In this document: in pieces, positions 17,712 through 26,809 of the stretch
Position numbering within the stretch: position 1 is the first letter of the stretch
Layout of the letters: each line of letters begins with the position of its first letter
Source of the DNA: an uncultured Actinomycetes bacterium
GTDB taxonomy: Bacteria; Actinomycetota; Coriobacteriia; Anaerosomatales; CAMTYE01
Length of the DNA: 64,000 bases
Assembly: GCA_947085935.1 (NCBI GenBank)
Contig: CAMTYE010000009.1
Span: 5,153 to 69,152 of the forward strand
Direction: 5' to 3'
Translations under genes and position numbers: made by a program
Notes under the pieces: model-generated
Seen by the model: only the letters and a program-made list of their open reading frames with translations
Told to the model about the DNA's origin: nothing
The model's database searches: none

Positions 17712-18605
17712 ATGTACGACCAGATCACGTCGAACAAGATCAAGAGCGTCGCGCTCGTGATGGTGTTCGTGCTGCTTGTGCTCGCGGTAGGCTGGGCCTC
17801 CGGCTACGCGTTCGATTGGGGCCCGGGCGGCCTCGTGCTGGCTCTGGCTATCGTGTCAGTCATGACATGGGGCTCGTACTGGTATTCCGACAGGATCGTC
17901 CTGTCAATCAGCCGTGCCCGCCCTGTCGACAGGAACACGGAGCCATACCTCGTCAATGCGGTCGAAGGTATCGCCATAGCGGCGGGGCTGCCGGTTCCGC
18001 GGGCCTACGTCATAGACGACCCGGCACCGAACGCGTTCGCCACCGGCCGTAATCCGGAACACGCTGCGATAGCGGTGACGACCGGACTCATGTCCAAGCT
18101 CGATCGCCTCGAACTCGAGGGGGTGATAGCCCACGAGATGTCGCATATCAAGAACTACGACACGCTCATCCAGACGCTTGCTGCCGTCATGGCGGGCTCG
18201 ATCATCCTGCTCTCGGACTGGATGGTGCGATCGTGGTTCTGGGGTGGCGGTCGGCGTCGCGGCAACAACGAGGGTGGCCAGCTCGGGGGAGTACTCGCCC
18301 TCGTGGCGATCGTGCTACTCCTGCTCTCGCCGATCTTCGCATCTCTGATCCAGATGGCGATCTCTCGCAAGCGTGAGTATCTTGCCGATGCGAATGCCGC
18401 GCTTCTCACACGGTATCCTGCAGGGCTTGCCGGCGCCTTGCGGAAGATCACGGCGGATACGAACCGCCTCACCGTCGCCAACAAGGCGACCGAGCCGCTG
18501 TACATCTACAATCCGCTCAAGGACTACCGCAAGGGCGGCTTCAACTCCCTGTTCAACACGCACCCGCCGGTCGCCGAGCGGATTCGCCGGCTCGAGGAGA
18601 TGTAG
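17712..18605 (+). CDS. htpX: M48 family zinc metalloprotease, HtpX-like
   Basis: HEMSHIKNYD zincin motif, four TM segments, and C-terminal THPPVAERIRRL. Confidence 0.9.
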   Translation: MYDQITSNKIKSVALVMVFVLLVLAVGWASGYAFDWGPGGLVLALAIVSVMTWGSYWYSDRIVLSISRARPVDRNTEPYLVNAVEGIAIAAGLPVPRAYVIDDPAPNAFATGRNPEHAAIAVTTGLMSKLDRLELEGVIAHEMSHIKNYDTLIQTLAAVMAGSIILLSDWMVRSWFWGGGRRRGNNEGGQLGGVLALVAIVLLLLSPIFASLIQMAISRKREYLADANAALLTRYPAGLAGALRKITADTNRLTVANKATEPLYIYNPLKDYRKGGFNSLFNTHPPVAERIRRLEEM

Positions 18606-19418
18606 GTGGCCTCCATCCTCTACCCGATGATCGATCCGGTCGCCTTCAGAGTGGGTCCGCTCGCAGTACACTGGTACGGCCTGTCCTACGTCGCCGGGTT
18701 CATCGTCGCGGGGTATGTCGCGCGGTGGCTGAACCGGCGCTGGAGCCTCGGGTTGACCGACGACAACCTGCTCTCGCTGGTTCTGTACTGTGTCTTCGGC
18801 GTTCTGATAGGAGGCCGTCTCGGATACGTGCTCGTGTACGGGGGAGCGCAGTACTGGACCGAGCCGCTGTCGATCCTGCAGACGTGGGAAGGCGGCATGT
18901 CGTGGCACGGCGGATTCGTCGGCATCGTGGCCGCAGGCGCCTTGTTCTGCCGCGTCCACCGCTTCTCCTTCGTCGAGCTCGCTGACGTGGCGGCGATAGG
19001 AGCCCCTGCAGGGTTCTTCTTCGGACGCATCGCGAACTTCATCAACGCGGAGCTCTGGGGACGGGTCAGCGACGCGCCCTGGGCCATGGTCTTCCCCGGA
19101 GCGGGCCCGCTGCCGAGACACCCTTCCCAGCTGTACGAGGCGCTGCTCGAGGGGCTGGTGATGGGTGTCGTGCTCCTCGCGCTCTCAGCGCGGCGGCGGC
19201 CGACCGGCTTCTATCTGGGCGCCTTCATGGCGATGTATGGCGGGTTTCGCCTGTTCGTGGAGCTCTTTCGCGAGCCCGATACGCAGCTCGGCTACTTGTT
19301 CTCCGGGGTCACGATGGGGCAGCTGCTCAGCGTGCCGTTGGTTGTTGTGGGTGTGTGGCTCGTCGCGCGCGCGCTGCGCCGCTCCGCTTCAGGGGCGCCC
19401 GGGGTCACGGGCAGATAG
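18606..19418 (+). CDS. lgt: Prolipoprotein diacylglyceryl transferase
   Basis: GTG directly after the htpX stop. Signatures VHWYGLSYVAGF, GGRLGYV, GGMSWHGG, GRIANFINAELWG and HPSQLYEA. Confidence 0.9.
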   Translation: MASILYPMIDPVAFRVGPLAVHWYGLSYVAGFIVAGYVARWLNRRWSLGLTDDNLLSLVLYCVFGVLIGGRLGYVLVYGGAQYWTEPLSILQTWEGGMSWHGGFVGIVAAGALFCRVHRFSFVELADVAAIGAPAGFFFGRIANFINAELWGRVSDAPWAMVFPGAGPLPRHPSQLYEALLEGLVMGVVLLALSARRRPTGFYLGAFMAMYGGFRLFVELFREPDTQLGYLFSGVTMGQLLSVPLVVVGVWLVARALRRSASGAPGVTGR

Positions 19419-19608
19419 TGCCCGCCGGCTTCCAGCAGGGCCCCTCGCACTCGATGCAGCGCACGACCTCTCCCGGCCTGAGCGCGGCGGGTGGTGTGCA
19501 CTGCGTACAGAAGCACCGGGGAAAGCCCCCGACGATATCTTTGAGGTCGGGATCCGCGTACGGACGCGCCTCGGGCTGCTCGAGTATGTGCAGCAGATAA
19601 CAGGGCAT
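19405..19608 (-). CDS. Small eight-cysteine protein (67 aa), function unknown
   Basis: MPCYLLHILEQPEARPYADPDLKDIVGGFPRCFCTQCTPP...RCIECEGPCWKPAGTICP. GC-rich third positions. Its 3' end overlaps the convergent lgt by 14 nt. The start is uncertain: ATG at 19608 or TTG at 19680. Confidence 0.4.
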   Translation of the reverse strand: MPCYLLHILEQPEARPYADPDLKDIVGGFPRCFCTQCTPPAALRPGEVVRCIECEGPCWKPAGTICP

Positions 19609-19759
19609 ACGGATTCGGACCGTCCCGCCTCTGAGTGGGCTGTGAGTGCAACGATAGCCGCTCACGCCTTTCATCGGCAATTCGGGTTCTCATCCTGACC
19701 GTTCGTTTGACCCGCCCTTCGAGCGGCCATATCCTGTGGCGTGGACACAAGGAGGATGA

Positions 19760-20839
19760 ATGGAGTCTCGGCGCACGAAGATCGCGCTTTGGATACTCAT
19801 AGCTGTGGTCGCCCTCTCAGCACTTGCAGCAGGGATGTACTACCTGTTCAAGGGGGAAGGGGAGGCCCCGGTCGTGCTCACCTCGCCGTGGCCCGACGCC
19901 GATAGCGAGCGCACGGTGACGCAGCCGGAGGCGCCGGTCACCTGGCCGCTGACCGGGCTCTCTGCGCCGGACGCGGTCACCCCCGCGAGCGTGCGGATCC
20001 TGTCCGTGAAGGTGGAGAACTCGCCCGCAGCGCGGCCCCAGTCGGGGCTGCAGGCCGCTGATGTCGTCTACGAGTCGATCACGGAGGGCGGTATCACCCG
20101 GTTCAACTGCCTGTTCCATTCCCAGGTTCCCGCCACCGTGGGGCCGGTACGCAGCGCCCGGCTCTCGGACATCGATATAGTGCCCCAGTACGACGCGCTC
20201 TTCGCGTTCTCCGGCGCCAGCGGAGCGGTCAACGCCGCCGTTCGAGCGGCCGGACTGCAGAACCTCTCACAAGACGCCGGAGTGAGCGCGGGGTACCGTC
20301 GATCCAAGGAGCGCAAGGCGCCGCACAACCTGTTTCTTGACCTCGGCACGATCAGGGCAGAGGCGGTGCGCAAGGGCTATCCAGTGACCCAGAGCGCCCG
20401 TTCGCTGGCCTTCGACAGGACGCCTGCGGTGCCCGGCTCATTCGTCAGCCGGATCACCATCCCGTTCTCGACGGCGAACACGGTGGTGTGGAGCTACGAC
20501 GCTGTGAGCGACCTCTATCTGCGAACCAACAACGGCGCGGTGCACTCCGACGCGCTGACGGGCACGCAGATCGGCTCGCGAAACGTCGTGGTCATATGGG
20601 CGCGTATGACAGCCGTGACGAAGCGTGACGTCAGCGGTTCGCGTACGTTCGACATAGAGCTCGTGGGATCGGGCCGAGCGAGCGTGTTCCGCAACGGCCA
20701 GCGCTACGACGGTACGTGGGAGGCACCCAAAGATGCACCGCCGGTCTTCAAGGCGGCTGACGGAACCATCATCCGGTTGGCGCCCGGGAACACGTGGATG
20801 CAGGTCGTTCCAGCGAACGTGAACATCATCATCGGCTAG
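19760..20839 (+). CDS. DUF3048 domain protein (YerB-like), membrane-anchored
   Basis: AGGAGG RBS. N-terminal TM. Signature WPLTGL...SVKVENSPAARPQSGLQAADVVYESITEGGITRFNCLF. Confidence 0.85.
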   Translation: MESRRTKIALWILIAVVALSALAAGMYYLFKGEGEAPVVLTSPWPDADSERTVTQPEAPVTWPLTGLSAPDAVTPASVRILSVKVENSPAARPQSGLQAADVVYESITEGGITRFNCLFHSQVPATVGPVRSARLSDIDIVPQYDALFAFSGASGAVNAAVRAAGLQNLSQDAGVSAGYRRSKERKAPHNLFLDLGTIRAEAVRKGYPVTQSARSLAFDRTPAVPGSFVSRITIPFSTANTVVWSYDAVSDLYLRTNNGAVHSDALTGTQIGSRNVVVIWARMTAVTKRDVSGSRTFDIELVGSGRASVFRNGQRYDGTWEAPKDAPPVFKAADGTIIRLAPGNTWMQVVPANVNIIIG

Positions 20840-20901
20840 CGCAGACCCGGGAATCGGGGGCGTCCGGGGCTGTTCTCTACGGTTTCGCACATGCGAAGTG
20901 G

Positions 20902-20931
20902 TTGTTGCGCATATACTGTCGCGGGTAGAAT
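20902..20931 (+). promoter_or_regulatory. Candidate pdxST promoter (-35 TTGTTG, 18-bp spacer, -10 TAGAAT)
   Basis: Hexamers read directly from the sequence, 65 nt upstream of the pdxS GTG. TAGAAT-type -10 elements recur upstream of several genes in this window. Confidence 0.35.
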
Positions 20932-20995
20932 CTCAAAGTTACACGCACTGTCCCGGGTGTGACGCACCCGTGTCGTCCCAACGAAAGGCGTTCAG

Positions 20996-21892
20996 GTGGC
21001 TGAGAAGTACAAGGAGATCGGTACGCTTCGAGTCAAGACCGGTTTGGCCGAGATGCTCAAGGGTGGCGTCATCATGGACGTCATCAACGCCGAGCAGGCC
21101 AAGATCGCCGAAGACGCTGGCGCGGTCGCCGTCATGGCGCTCGAGCGCGTGCCCGCGGACATCCGCGCGACAGGCGGCGTGGCCCGCATGGCGGACCCGA
21201 CCATCGTCGAGGAAGTCGTGGCCCAGGTCTCCATTCCCGTCATGGCGAAATGCCGCATCGGCCATTTCGTCGAGGCGCAGGTCCTGCAGTCCCTCGGCGT
21301 CGACTACATCGATGAGTCCGAGGTTCTGACTCCTGTGGACGAAGAGCACCACGTGAACAAGCACGCGTTCACCGTGCCGTTCGTGTGCGGATGCCGCAAT
21401 CTCGGGGAGGCTCTGCGTCGCATCGCCGAGGGCGCCGCGATGGTGCGCACCAAGGGAGAACCCGGTACGGGCAACGTGGTCGAGGCTGTCCGACACATGC
21501 GGGCGGTCACAGATGAGATCGCCTGGGTGGCCGGTCTGCGACCCGAGCAGCTGTTCACGGCGGCCAAGGACCTTCAGGCGCCGTTCGAGCTCGTGAAGTG
21601 GGTCGCGGAGAACCGGCGTCTGCCGGTCGTCAACTTCTCGGCAGGCGGTATCGCGACCCCTGCGGATGCGGCGCTCATGATGCAGCTGGGATGCGATGGC
21701 GTATTCGTCGGCAGCGGCATATTCAAGAGCGGCGACCCGTCCAAGCGGGCGAAGGCGATCGTCGAGGCCACGACCCACTTCGAGGATGCCGAGATCATCG
21801 CGAAGGTCTCGAGGAACCTCGGCGAGGCGATGGTCGGCATCAACATCTCCGAGATTCCGGACGCAGAGCGCATGCAGGAGCGGGGCTGGTAA
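20996..21892 (+). CDS. pdxS: Pyridoxal 5'-phosphate synthase, lyase subunit PdxS
   Basis: [42 protein letters not shown] is near-invariant PdxS sequence. Confidence 0.95.
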   Translation: MAEKYKEIGTLRVKTGLAEMLKGGVIMDVINAEQAKIAEDAGAVAVMALERVPADIRATGGVARMADPTIVEEVVAQVSIPVMAKCRIGHFVEAQVLQSLGVDYIDESEVLTPVDEEHHVNKHAFTVPFVCGCRNLGEALRRIAEGAAMVRTKGEPGTGNVVEAVRHMRAVTDEIAWVAGLRPEQLFTAAKDLQAPFELVKWVAENRRLPVVNFSAGGIATPADAALMMQLGCDGVFVGSGIFKSGDPSKRAKAIVEATTHFEDAEIIAKVSRNLGEAMVGINISEIPDAERMQERGW

Positions 21893-21893
21893 C

Positions 21894-22469
21894 GTGCGGA
21901 TCGGTGTCCTCGCACTGCAGGGAGCGTTTCGCGAACACATCATGATGCTCGAGGCGCTTGAGGTGGTGGCGGTGCCGGTGCGCCTCCCGCAGCAGCTCGG
22001 GGATCTCAACGGCCTTATCGTCCCCGGTGGGGAATCGACCGCGATCGGCAAGCTGATGGAGACGTACGAGTTCTACGATCCCATCCGCCAGAACCACGGG
22101 GCCGGGATGGCCGTATGGGGTACGTGCGCGGGGGCTATACTGGTCGCGGCCCGGGTGCTCGATGCCGTCCCGGGACAGCGCTCCCTCGAGTTGATCGACA
22201 TGAGTGTCCGGCGCAACGCCTTCGGTCGACAGGTCGACAGCTTCGAGGTGGATCTCGACTTCCGTCACATCGGGGATGCTTTCAGGGGCGTCTTCATCCG
22301 CGCCCCGTGGATCGAGGAAGTCGGACCCGACGTCGAGGTGCTTGCGGAGCACGAGGGCAAGGGAGTCGCAGCTCGGAGTGGCAGGGTGCTCGCGACGGCG
22401 TTCCATCCTGAGCTCACGGGAGACCCCCGCGTTCACCGCTTCTTCGTCGAGCACGTGGTCGGTTCGTAG
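21894..22469 (+). CDS. pdxT: Pyridoxal 5'-phosphate synthase, glutaminase subunit PdxT
   Basis: GTG at 21894, 2 nt after the pdxS stop. Signatures VRIGVLALQGAFREH, GLIVPGGESTAI, WGTCAG and FHPELT. Confidence 0.95.
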   Translation: MRIGVLALQGAFREHIMMLEALEVVAVPVRLPQQLGDLNGLIVPGGESTAIGKLMETYEFYDPIRQNHGAGMAVWGTCAGAILVAARVLDAVPGQRSLELIDMSVRRNAFGRQVDSFEVDLDFRHIGDAFRGVFIRAPWIEEVGPDVEVLAEHEGKGVAARSGRVLATAFHPELTGDPRVHRFFVEHVVGS

Positions 22470-22493
22470 CACCCGCCTGCGCGCGGGCGGGTG
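22470..22493 (+). terminator. GC-rich hairpin after pdxT
   Basis: CACCCGCC-loop-GGCGGGTG, an 8-bp stem immediately after the stop codon. No U-tract. Confidence 0.4.
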
Positions 22494-22590
22494 CCCCGGG
22501 GACCGCCGAGCGTGGTATCCTAACGCCCGGAATCCCCCGGTGGTCGGCCTCCGGCCTTCACCGTCATCTCGCGCGAAAGGGACTGATCCG

Positions 22591-23343
22591 ATGTCCGGAC
22601 ACTCGAAGTGGGCCACGACCAAGCACCGCAAGGCTGCTCAGGACAAGAAGCGATCTGCGCTCTTCAGCAAGCTGTCGCGCATCATCACGGTCGCCGCCAA
22701 GACCGGAGGCGATCCGAGCCCTGAGAACAACGCGTCCCTCGCGGCTGCCATCGCGAAGGCCAAGAGCTACTCGCTGCCCAAGGAGAAGATCGAAGCGGCC
22801 ATCGCCAAGGCGTTCGGTGCCGGCGAGGGCGCGAACTACGAGGAAGTCATCTACGAGGGCTACGGTTCCGCCGGCGTCGCGATATACGTGGAGGCGCTCA
22901 CGGACAACCGGAATCGTACGGCCGCCGACGTTCGCAGCGCGTTCACCCGGGCGGGCGGGAACCTCGGAGCCACGGGCTCTGTCGCGTTCCAGTTCGGTCG
23001 CCTCGGCCAGATCACGGTGGAGCAGACGACCGCCCTCGATGAGGAGGACCTGATGCTGCTCGTCGCCGATGCGGGTGGTGACGATCTGGTGCAAGGCGAC
23101 GGCGAGTGGATCGTGTCGACGGGCGCCGCGGACCTGATGTCGGTGAGCAAGGCGCTCGAGGAGGCCGGTGTGCCGGTGAAGGGCGCCGAGTTGGTCATGG
23201 AGCCCGTGAACGAGACCCCGGTCACCGTCGCGGATGCCAAGAAGGTGCTGCGGCTGGTCGACATCCTCGAAGAGAACGATGACGTTCAGAACGTCTACCA
23301 CACTATGGAACTCACCGACGAGATCGCAGCGGCACTCGAGTAG
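22591..23343 (+). CDS. yebC: YebC/PmpR family DNA-binding transcriptional regulator
   Basis: MSGHSKWATTKHRKAAQDKKRSALFSKLSR is the diagnostic N-terminus. Confidence 0.95.
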   Translation: MSGHSKWATTKHRKAAQDKKRSALFSKLSRIITVAAKTGGDPSPENNASLAAAIAKAKSYSLPKEKIEAAIAKAFGAGEGANYEEVIYEGYGSAGVAIYVEALTDNRNRTAADVRSAFTRAGGNLGATGSVAFQFGRLGQITVEQTTALDEEDLMLLVADAGGDDLVQGDGEWIVSTGAADLMSVSKALEEAGVPVKGAELVMEPVNETPVTVADAKKVLRLVDILEENDDVQNVYHTMELTDEIAAALE

Positions 23344-23423
23344 TTCGGCGCCACCCTGCCGGTCGAGGGCCGAGTGCCCGGGCGGCCGTCGTCGACTTTA
23401 CGCCGGAACGACCGTGCGATACC

Positions 23424-23439
23424 CTGAACATACGTTCGA
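23424..23439. promoter_or_regulatory. LexA (SOS/Cheo-type) box upstream of ruvC
   Basis: CTGAAC-ATAC-GTTCGA has the GAAC-N4-GTTC core. It matches 10 of 12 positions of the actinobacterial TCGAAC-N4-GTTCGA consensus. It lies 25 nt upstream of the ruvC GTG. Confidence 0.55.
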
Positions 23440-23463
23440 TTGGCTGCGGCGCGAGGGGGTACT

Positions 23464-23961
23464 GTGATTATCCTCGGCATTGATCCCGGGCTGGCGAACA
23501 CCGGCTGGGGCGTGATCGAGGTACACGGTTCCAGGAGTCGCTGCCGCGCCTACGGGTGCATCACCACATGTGCCGGCGACCCGCTGCCGGAACGCCTCGC
23601 TTCGATTCACGATGGTCTCAAGGCCGTGATCGAGCGCTACTCCCCGGTCGAGTGTGGCATCGAGAACGTCTACTTCGGCGCCAATGCCAAGTCGGCTTTT
23701 GCGACCGGTCAGGCGCGGGGCGTCGCGATCCACTCGCTGGCGGAAGCGGGCCTGACGCTGGGCGAGTACTCGCCCGTTCAGGTCAAGAACTGCGTGGTCG
23801 GCACGGGGGCGGCGGACAAGCGGCAGGTGGCATACATGGTGCGCGTGCTGCTCGGCCTCGACGCGGAGCCGAGGCCCGATCACGCCGCCGACGCGCTGGC
23901 CGTCGCGATCGCGCACGCCCACCTGCGGGGATCCGCCCATTTGGCGGGAGCTGCGTCGTGA
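23464..23961 (+). CDS. ruvC: Crossover junction endodeoxyribonuclease RuvC
   Basis: VIILGIDPGLANTGWGVIE... and the C-terminal DHAADALAVAIAHA. Confidence 0.9.
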   Translation: MIILGIDPGLANTGWGVIEVHGSRSRCRAYGCITTCAGDPLPERLASIHDGLKAVIERYSPVECGIENVYFGANAKSAFATGQARGVAIHSLAEAGLTLGEYSPVQVKNCVVGTGAADKRQVAYMVRVLLGLDAEPRPDHAADALAVAIAHAHLRGSAHLAGAAS

Positions 23962-24554
23962 TCGCGTTTCTCACAGGTCGCGTGGCGCAGAAGACCCCGA
24001 GCTTCGCGATCATCGAAGTCGCCGGTATCGGCTACCGGCTCGCCATGTCCACGGGCTGTCTTGCGGCGCTCCCCGCCGAGGGTGACCTGGTCACGGTGCA
24101 CACCTACATGCACGTACGCGAGGATGAGCTATCCCTCTTCGGCTTCGAGAGCGAGGCCGAGAAGCTGCTGTTCGAGCGATTGATCACCGTGAGCGGTGTC
24201 GGCCCCAAGGTGGCCCTTGCGGCGCTCTCGAGCTTCGCGCCTGATGTTCTTTGCGAGGCTATCGTGGCAGAGGACGTGGTCGTGGTCTCGAGCATCCCCG
24301 GGGTCGGCGCCAAGACCGCGCAGCGCATCATCCTCGACCTCAAGGACAAGCTGGTCTCCACGGGTGATATGGCGGGGGCGCTGACCGGGAGGCCTCATCG
24401 TCCGCGTGCGGCCGATGAGGCTCGTGAGGCACTCGTCGCCATGGGCTTCACGGCGGTCGAGGCGGCACGCGCAGTGAAGGACTACGATGGTCCTGTCGAC
24501 GACGCCGGGGCGGTTCTCCGGCATGGACTGAAGCGATTGGGAGGATCCGCATGA
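23958..24554 (+). CDS. ruvA: Holliday junction branch migration complex subunit RuvA
   Basis: GTG overlaps the ruvC stop (GTGA). Signatures VIAFLTGRV...VAGIGYRL and the HhH motifs LITVSGVGPKVALA and IPGVGAKTAQRI. Confidence 0.9.
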   Translation: MIAFLTGRVAQKTPSFAIIEVAGIGYRLAMSTGCLAALPAEGDLVTVHTYMHVREDELSLFGFESEAEKLLFERLITVSGVGPKVALAALSSFAPDVLCEAIVAEDVVVVSSIPGVGAKTAQRIILDLKDKLVSTGDMAGALTGRPHRPRAADEAREALVAMGFTAVEAARAVKDYDGPVDDAGAVLRHGLKRLGGSA

Positions 24555-25213
24555 CCGATGACCTGAAGACGACTGCGACCCGGCGATGGGCTGTGCTCGC
24601 ACCCGTTACCGTGATGGCGTCAGTGCCGCTCGTGCTCATCATGACGCTGCCGATTCCCAATGCGTGGCTGGTGTTCCTGTATGCGCTCGCATTCGGCGGT
24701 GGCGCGCTCGGCATCTGGGAGTTGGGCGGGCTGCCGTTCGTCAAGAGGGCGGCCGCCTCGCTCCTGGTTCCCGTGGCGGGCTACGCCGGTCTGGTTCTCT
24801 GGGTGAACCTGGCGCTCTACACGGGTGAGCTCGATCAGGCAGGGAGCACGCTGGTCATCGCATTCGCTGTGCTTCCGATGTTCGTCGTCTCTGCGCTGGC
24901 GGCCCGCCGTTCAGGTGCGAGCATCGTGGGCCTGTCGGTTCTGTGGATCGTCGCGGTGGCGGTTGTGGCGGGATCCCGACCTCTTGCCCTCGCACTCGGA
25001 GGCGACCACCTGATCGCCGACATCCTCGTGCTAGCCCCCGGACTCGCGTTGGGCATGTGGATTGCGCTCGGAGTGCTCTCGGGTACGAGTCGTGCGCTGG
25101 CAGGACGCCCGGGGCATGCAGGTGATGCGACCGAGGTGCCGGTCGCGGATGTGCCACAGGAGCCGGTTGACGGCAGTGAGACCGATCCTCCCGCCAAAGG
25201 CGAGTCCGGATGA
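24551..25213 (+). CDS. Polytopic membrane protein inserted between ruvA and ruvB
   Basis: The ATG overlaps the ruvA stop (ATGA at 24551-24554) and its own stop overlaps the ruvB ATG (ATGA at 25210-25213). Five to six hydrophobic segments with an acidic, Pro-rich tail. No family recognised. Confidence 0.65.
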   Translation: MTDDLKTTATRRWAVLAPVTVMASVPLVLIMTLPIPNAWLVFLYALAFGGGALGIWELGGLPFVKRAAASLLVPVAGYAGLVLWVNLALYTGELDQAGSTLVIAFAVLPMFVVSALAARRSGASIVGLSVLWIVAVAVVAGSRPLALALGGDHLIADILVLAPGLALGMWIALGVLSGTSRALAGRPGHAGDATEVPVADVPQEPVDGSETDPPAKGESG

Positions 25214-26283
25214 CGACGGTCTGGGAGGACACCGGCGCTACGGACGAGTGGGACATCGAGCCCGAGCGACTTGTGAGCGCCGGCTTCACCGATGATGACC
25301 TCGAGGTGGATCGCACACTCAGGCCACGTCACCTCGACGAGTACCTCGGCCAGGTTCGCGTCAAAGAGAACCTCGCCGTGCTCATCGATGCGGTGAAGGC
25401 TCGCTCGGAGGCGCTCGACCATATCCTCCTGTCGGGTCCGCCGGGGCTGGGCAAGACCACGCTTGCGGGTGTGATCGCGAACGAACTTGGCGTCTCACTG
25501 AAGGTCACCAGCGGGCCGGCGATCGAGCGGGCCGGTGACCTGGCGGCCATCCTGACGAACCTCGAGCACCACGATGTCCTGTTCGTCGACGAGATACACC
25601 GTCTCAACCGGGCCGTCGAGGAGGTCCTGTATCCCGCGATGGAGGACTTTCACGTGGATATCGTGATCGGGAAGGGGCCGGCGGCCCGCTCGTTGCGGCT
25701 CGATCTGCCGAAGTTCACGCTCATCGGTGCCACGACACGCACGGGCCTGCTCACCGGTCCCTTGCGCGATCGGTTCGGTATGTCGTTCAGGCTCGACTAC
25801 TACACGCCCGACGAGCTCTCATCCATCGTCACCCGGTCCGCCGGGATTCTGGGAGTCGGGATAGACGTGCCGGGTGCTGCAGAGATCGCCCGCCGCTCCC
25901 GCGGGACACCGCGGCTGGCGAATCGCCTCATGAAGCGCGTTCGCGACTACGCGCAGGTCCGTCATGACGGTGAGATCACCGAGGATATCGCGGCAGAGGC
26001 GCTCGCCTTCTTCGAGGTCGACCACATGGGTCTGGACAAGATGGATGTGTGTATTCTCGAGACGCTCGCGGTCAAGTTCAGTGGTCGCCCGGTTGGACTC
26101 AACACGCTGGCCGCGTCAGTCGGCGAGGAACCGGATACGCTCGAGGACGTGTACGAACCGTATCTGCTGCAGCTGGGATTCCTCATGCGGACCCCCAAAG
26201 GCCGGCAGGCGACCCAGCGCGCCTACGAACACCTCGGGGTCGCGTTTCCCGAAAGCGGCGCATCAGGGTCAAGCCTCTTCTGA
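25210..26283 (+). CDS. ruvB: Holliday junction branch migration DNA helicase RuvB
   Basis: [12 protein letters not shown], Walker [22 protein letters not shown] and TLIGATTR. Confidence 0.95.
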   Translation: MTTVWEDTGATDEWDIEPERLVSAGFTDDDLEVDRTLRPRHLDEYLGQVRVKENLAVLIDAVKARSEALDHILLSGPPGLGKTTLAGVIANELGVSLKVTSGPAIERAGDLAAILTNLEHHDVLFVDEIHRLNRAVEEVLYPAMEDFHVDIVIGKGPAARSLRLDLPKFTLIGATTRTGLLTGPLRDRFGMSFRLDYYTPDELSSIVTRSAGILGVGIDVPGAAEIARRSRGTPRLANRLMKRVRDYAQVRHDGEITEDIAAEALAFFEVDHMGLDKMDVCILETLAVKFSGRPVGLNTLAASVGEEPDTLEDVYEPYLLQLGFLMRTPKGRQATQRAYEHLGVAFPESGASGSSLF

Positions 26284-26326
26284 GCGCGGGGGAGAGCGCC
26301 TTCAGGTGCCCGGTGTCCTGCTCGGC

Positions 26327-26587
26327 CTAGCGATTCTGGGCGAGGGGGCTCCGGTGTCTACGCTGCTCTCGCAGGATCTTCTGCATGCGTGCCCGGTCGG
26401 CGCTCAGCTTGTAGGCCAGCAGCCATTTCTGGGTGCGGTCCGGCAGTTCGCCGATCAGCCCGTATTCGTCGAGGACGCAGATCGCCCCGGTCGCCGTCGA
26501 TCTCGAGTCCGACGGCCGCCAGTAGACGCACCGCACCTGCTCGCACTCGGCCCACACGCCCATCGTATGTTTCAGATCGCAATGCAC
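26327..26587 (-). CDS. Small Cys4 protein with a basic C-terminal helix (86 aa), function unknown
   Basis: Third-codon positions are strongly GC-biased and the composition is not junk-like (MHCDLKHTMGVWAECEQVRCVYW...RTQKWLLAYKLSADRARMQKILREQRRHR). Cys at 3, 15, 20 and 37. It diverges from the ATGAACGG repeat cluster. Confidence 0.45.
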   Translation of the reverse strand: MHCDLKHTMGVWAECEQVRCVYWRPSDSRSTATGAICVLDEYGLIGELPDRTQKWLLAYKLSADRARMQKILREQRRHRSPLAQNR

Positions 26588-26625
26588 CGCGTGTCACCGC
26601 CTTTGCGCTCAGACCATCTGATGTC

Positions 26626-26691
26626 TTCATCGGCATTCATGAGGTATGAACGGTAGCAAGGCGCGATGAACGGTAGGATGAATCCGTTCAT
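26626..26691. promoter_or_regulatory. Cluster of ATGAA(CGG)/TTCAT motifs (candidate operator array)
   Basis: ATGAACGGTAG occurs at 26646-26656 and again at 26666-26676, a direct repeat 20 bp apart. The inverted copy CCGTTCAT is at 26684-26691, giving ATGAACGG-N10-CCGTTCAT. There is also TTCAT-N5-ATGAA at 26636-26650 and another TTCAT at 26626-26630. Confidence 0.4.
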
Positions 26692-26809
26692 CGTCTCTGT
26701 CTTGCGACGGTATCAGTCCTTGGTGCCCTGGACAGAATCCCGGTGGGAGGTATCGTGGTTCTGCGCGACACGAAACACCCGAGAGGCCTGCCGAGGGAAA
26801 GGACCGCGG

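Noticed and set aside
26666-26809. ORF-track start of the PEBP gene at 26666 (MNGRMNPFIV...)
   Set aside because: The first 48 codons lie over the ATGAACGG repeat cluster and encode no signal peptide. The ATG at 26810 has a good RBS and begins directly with a lipoprotein signal peptide.
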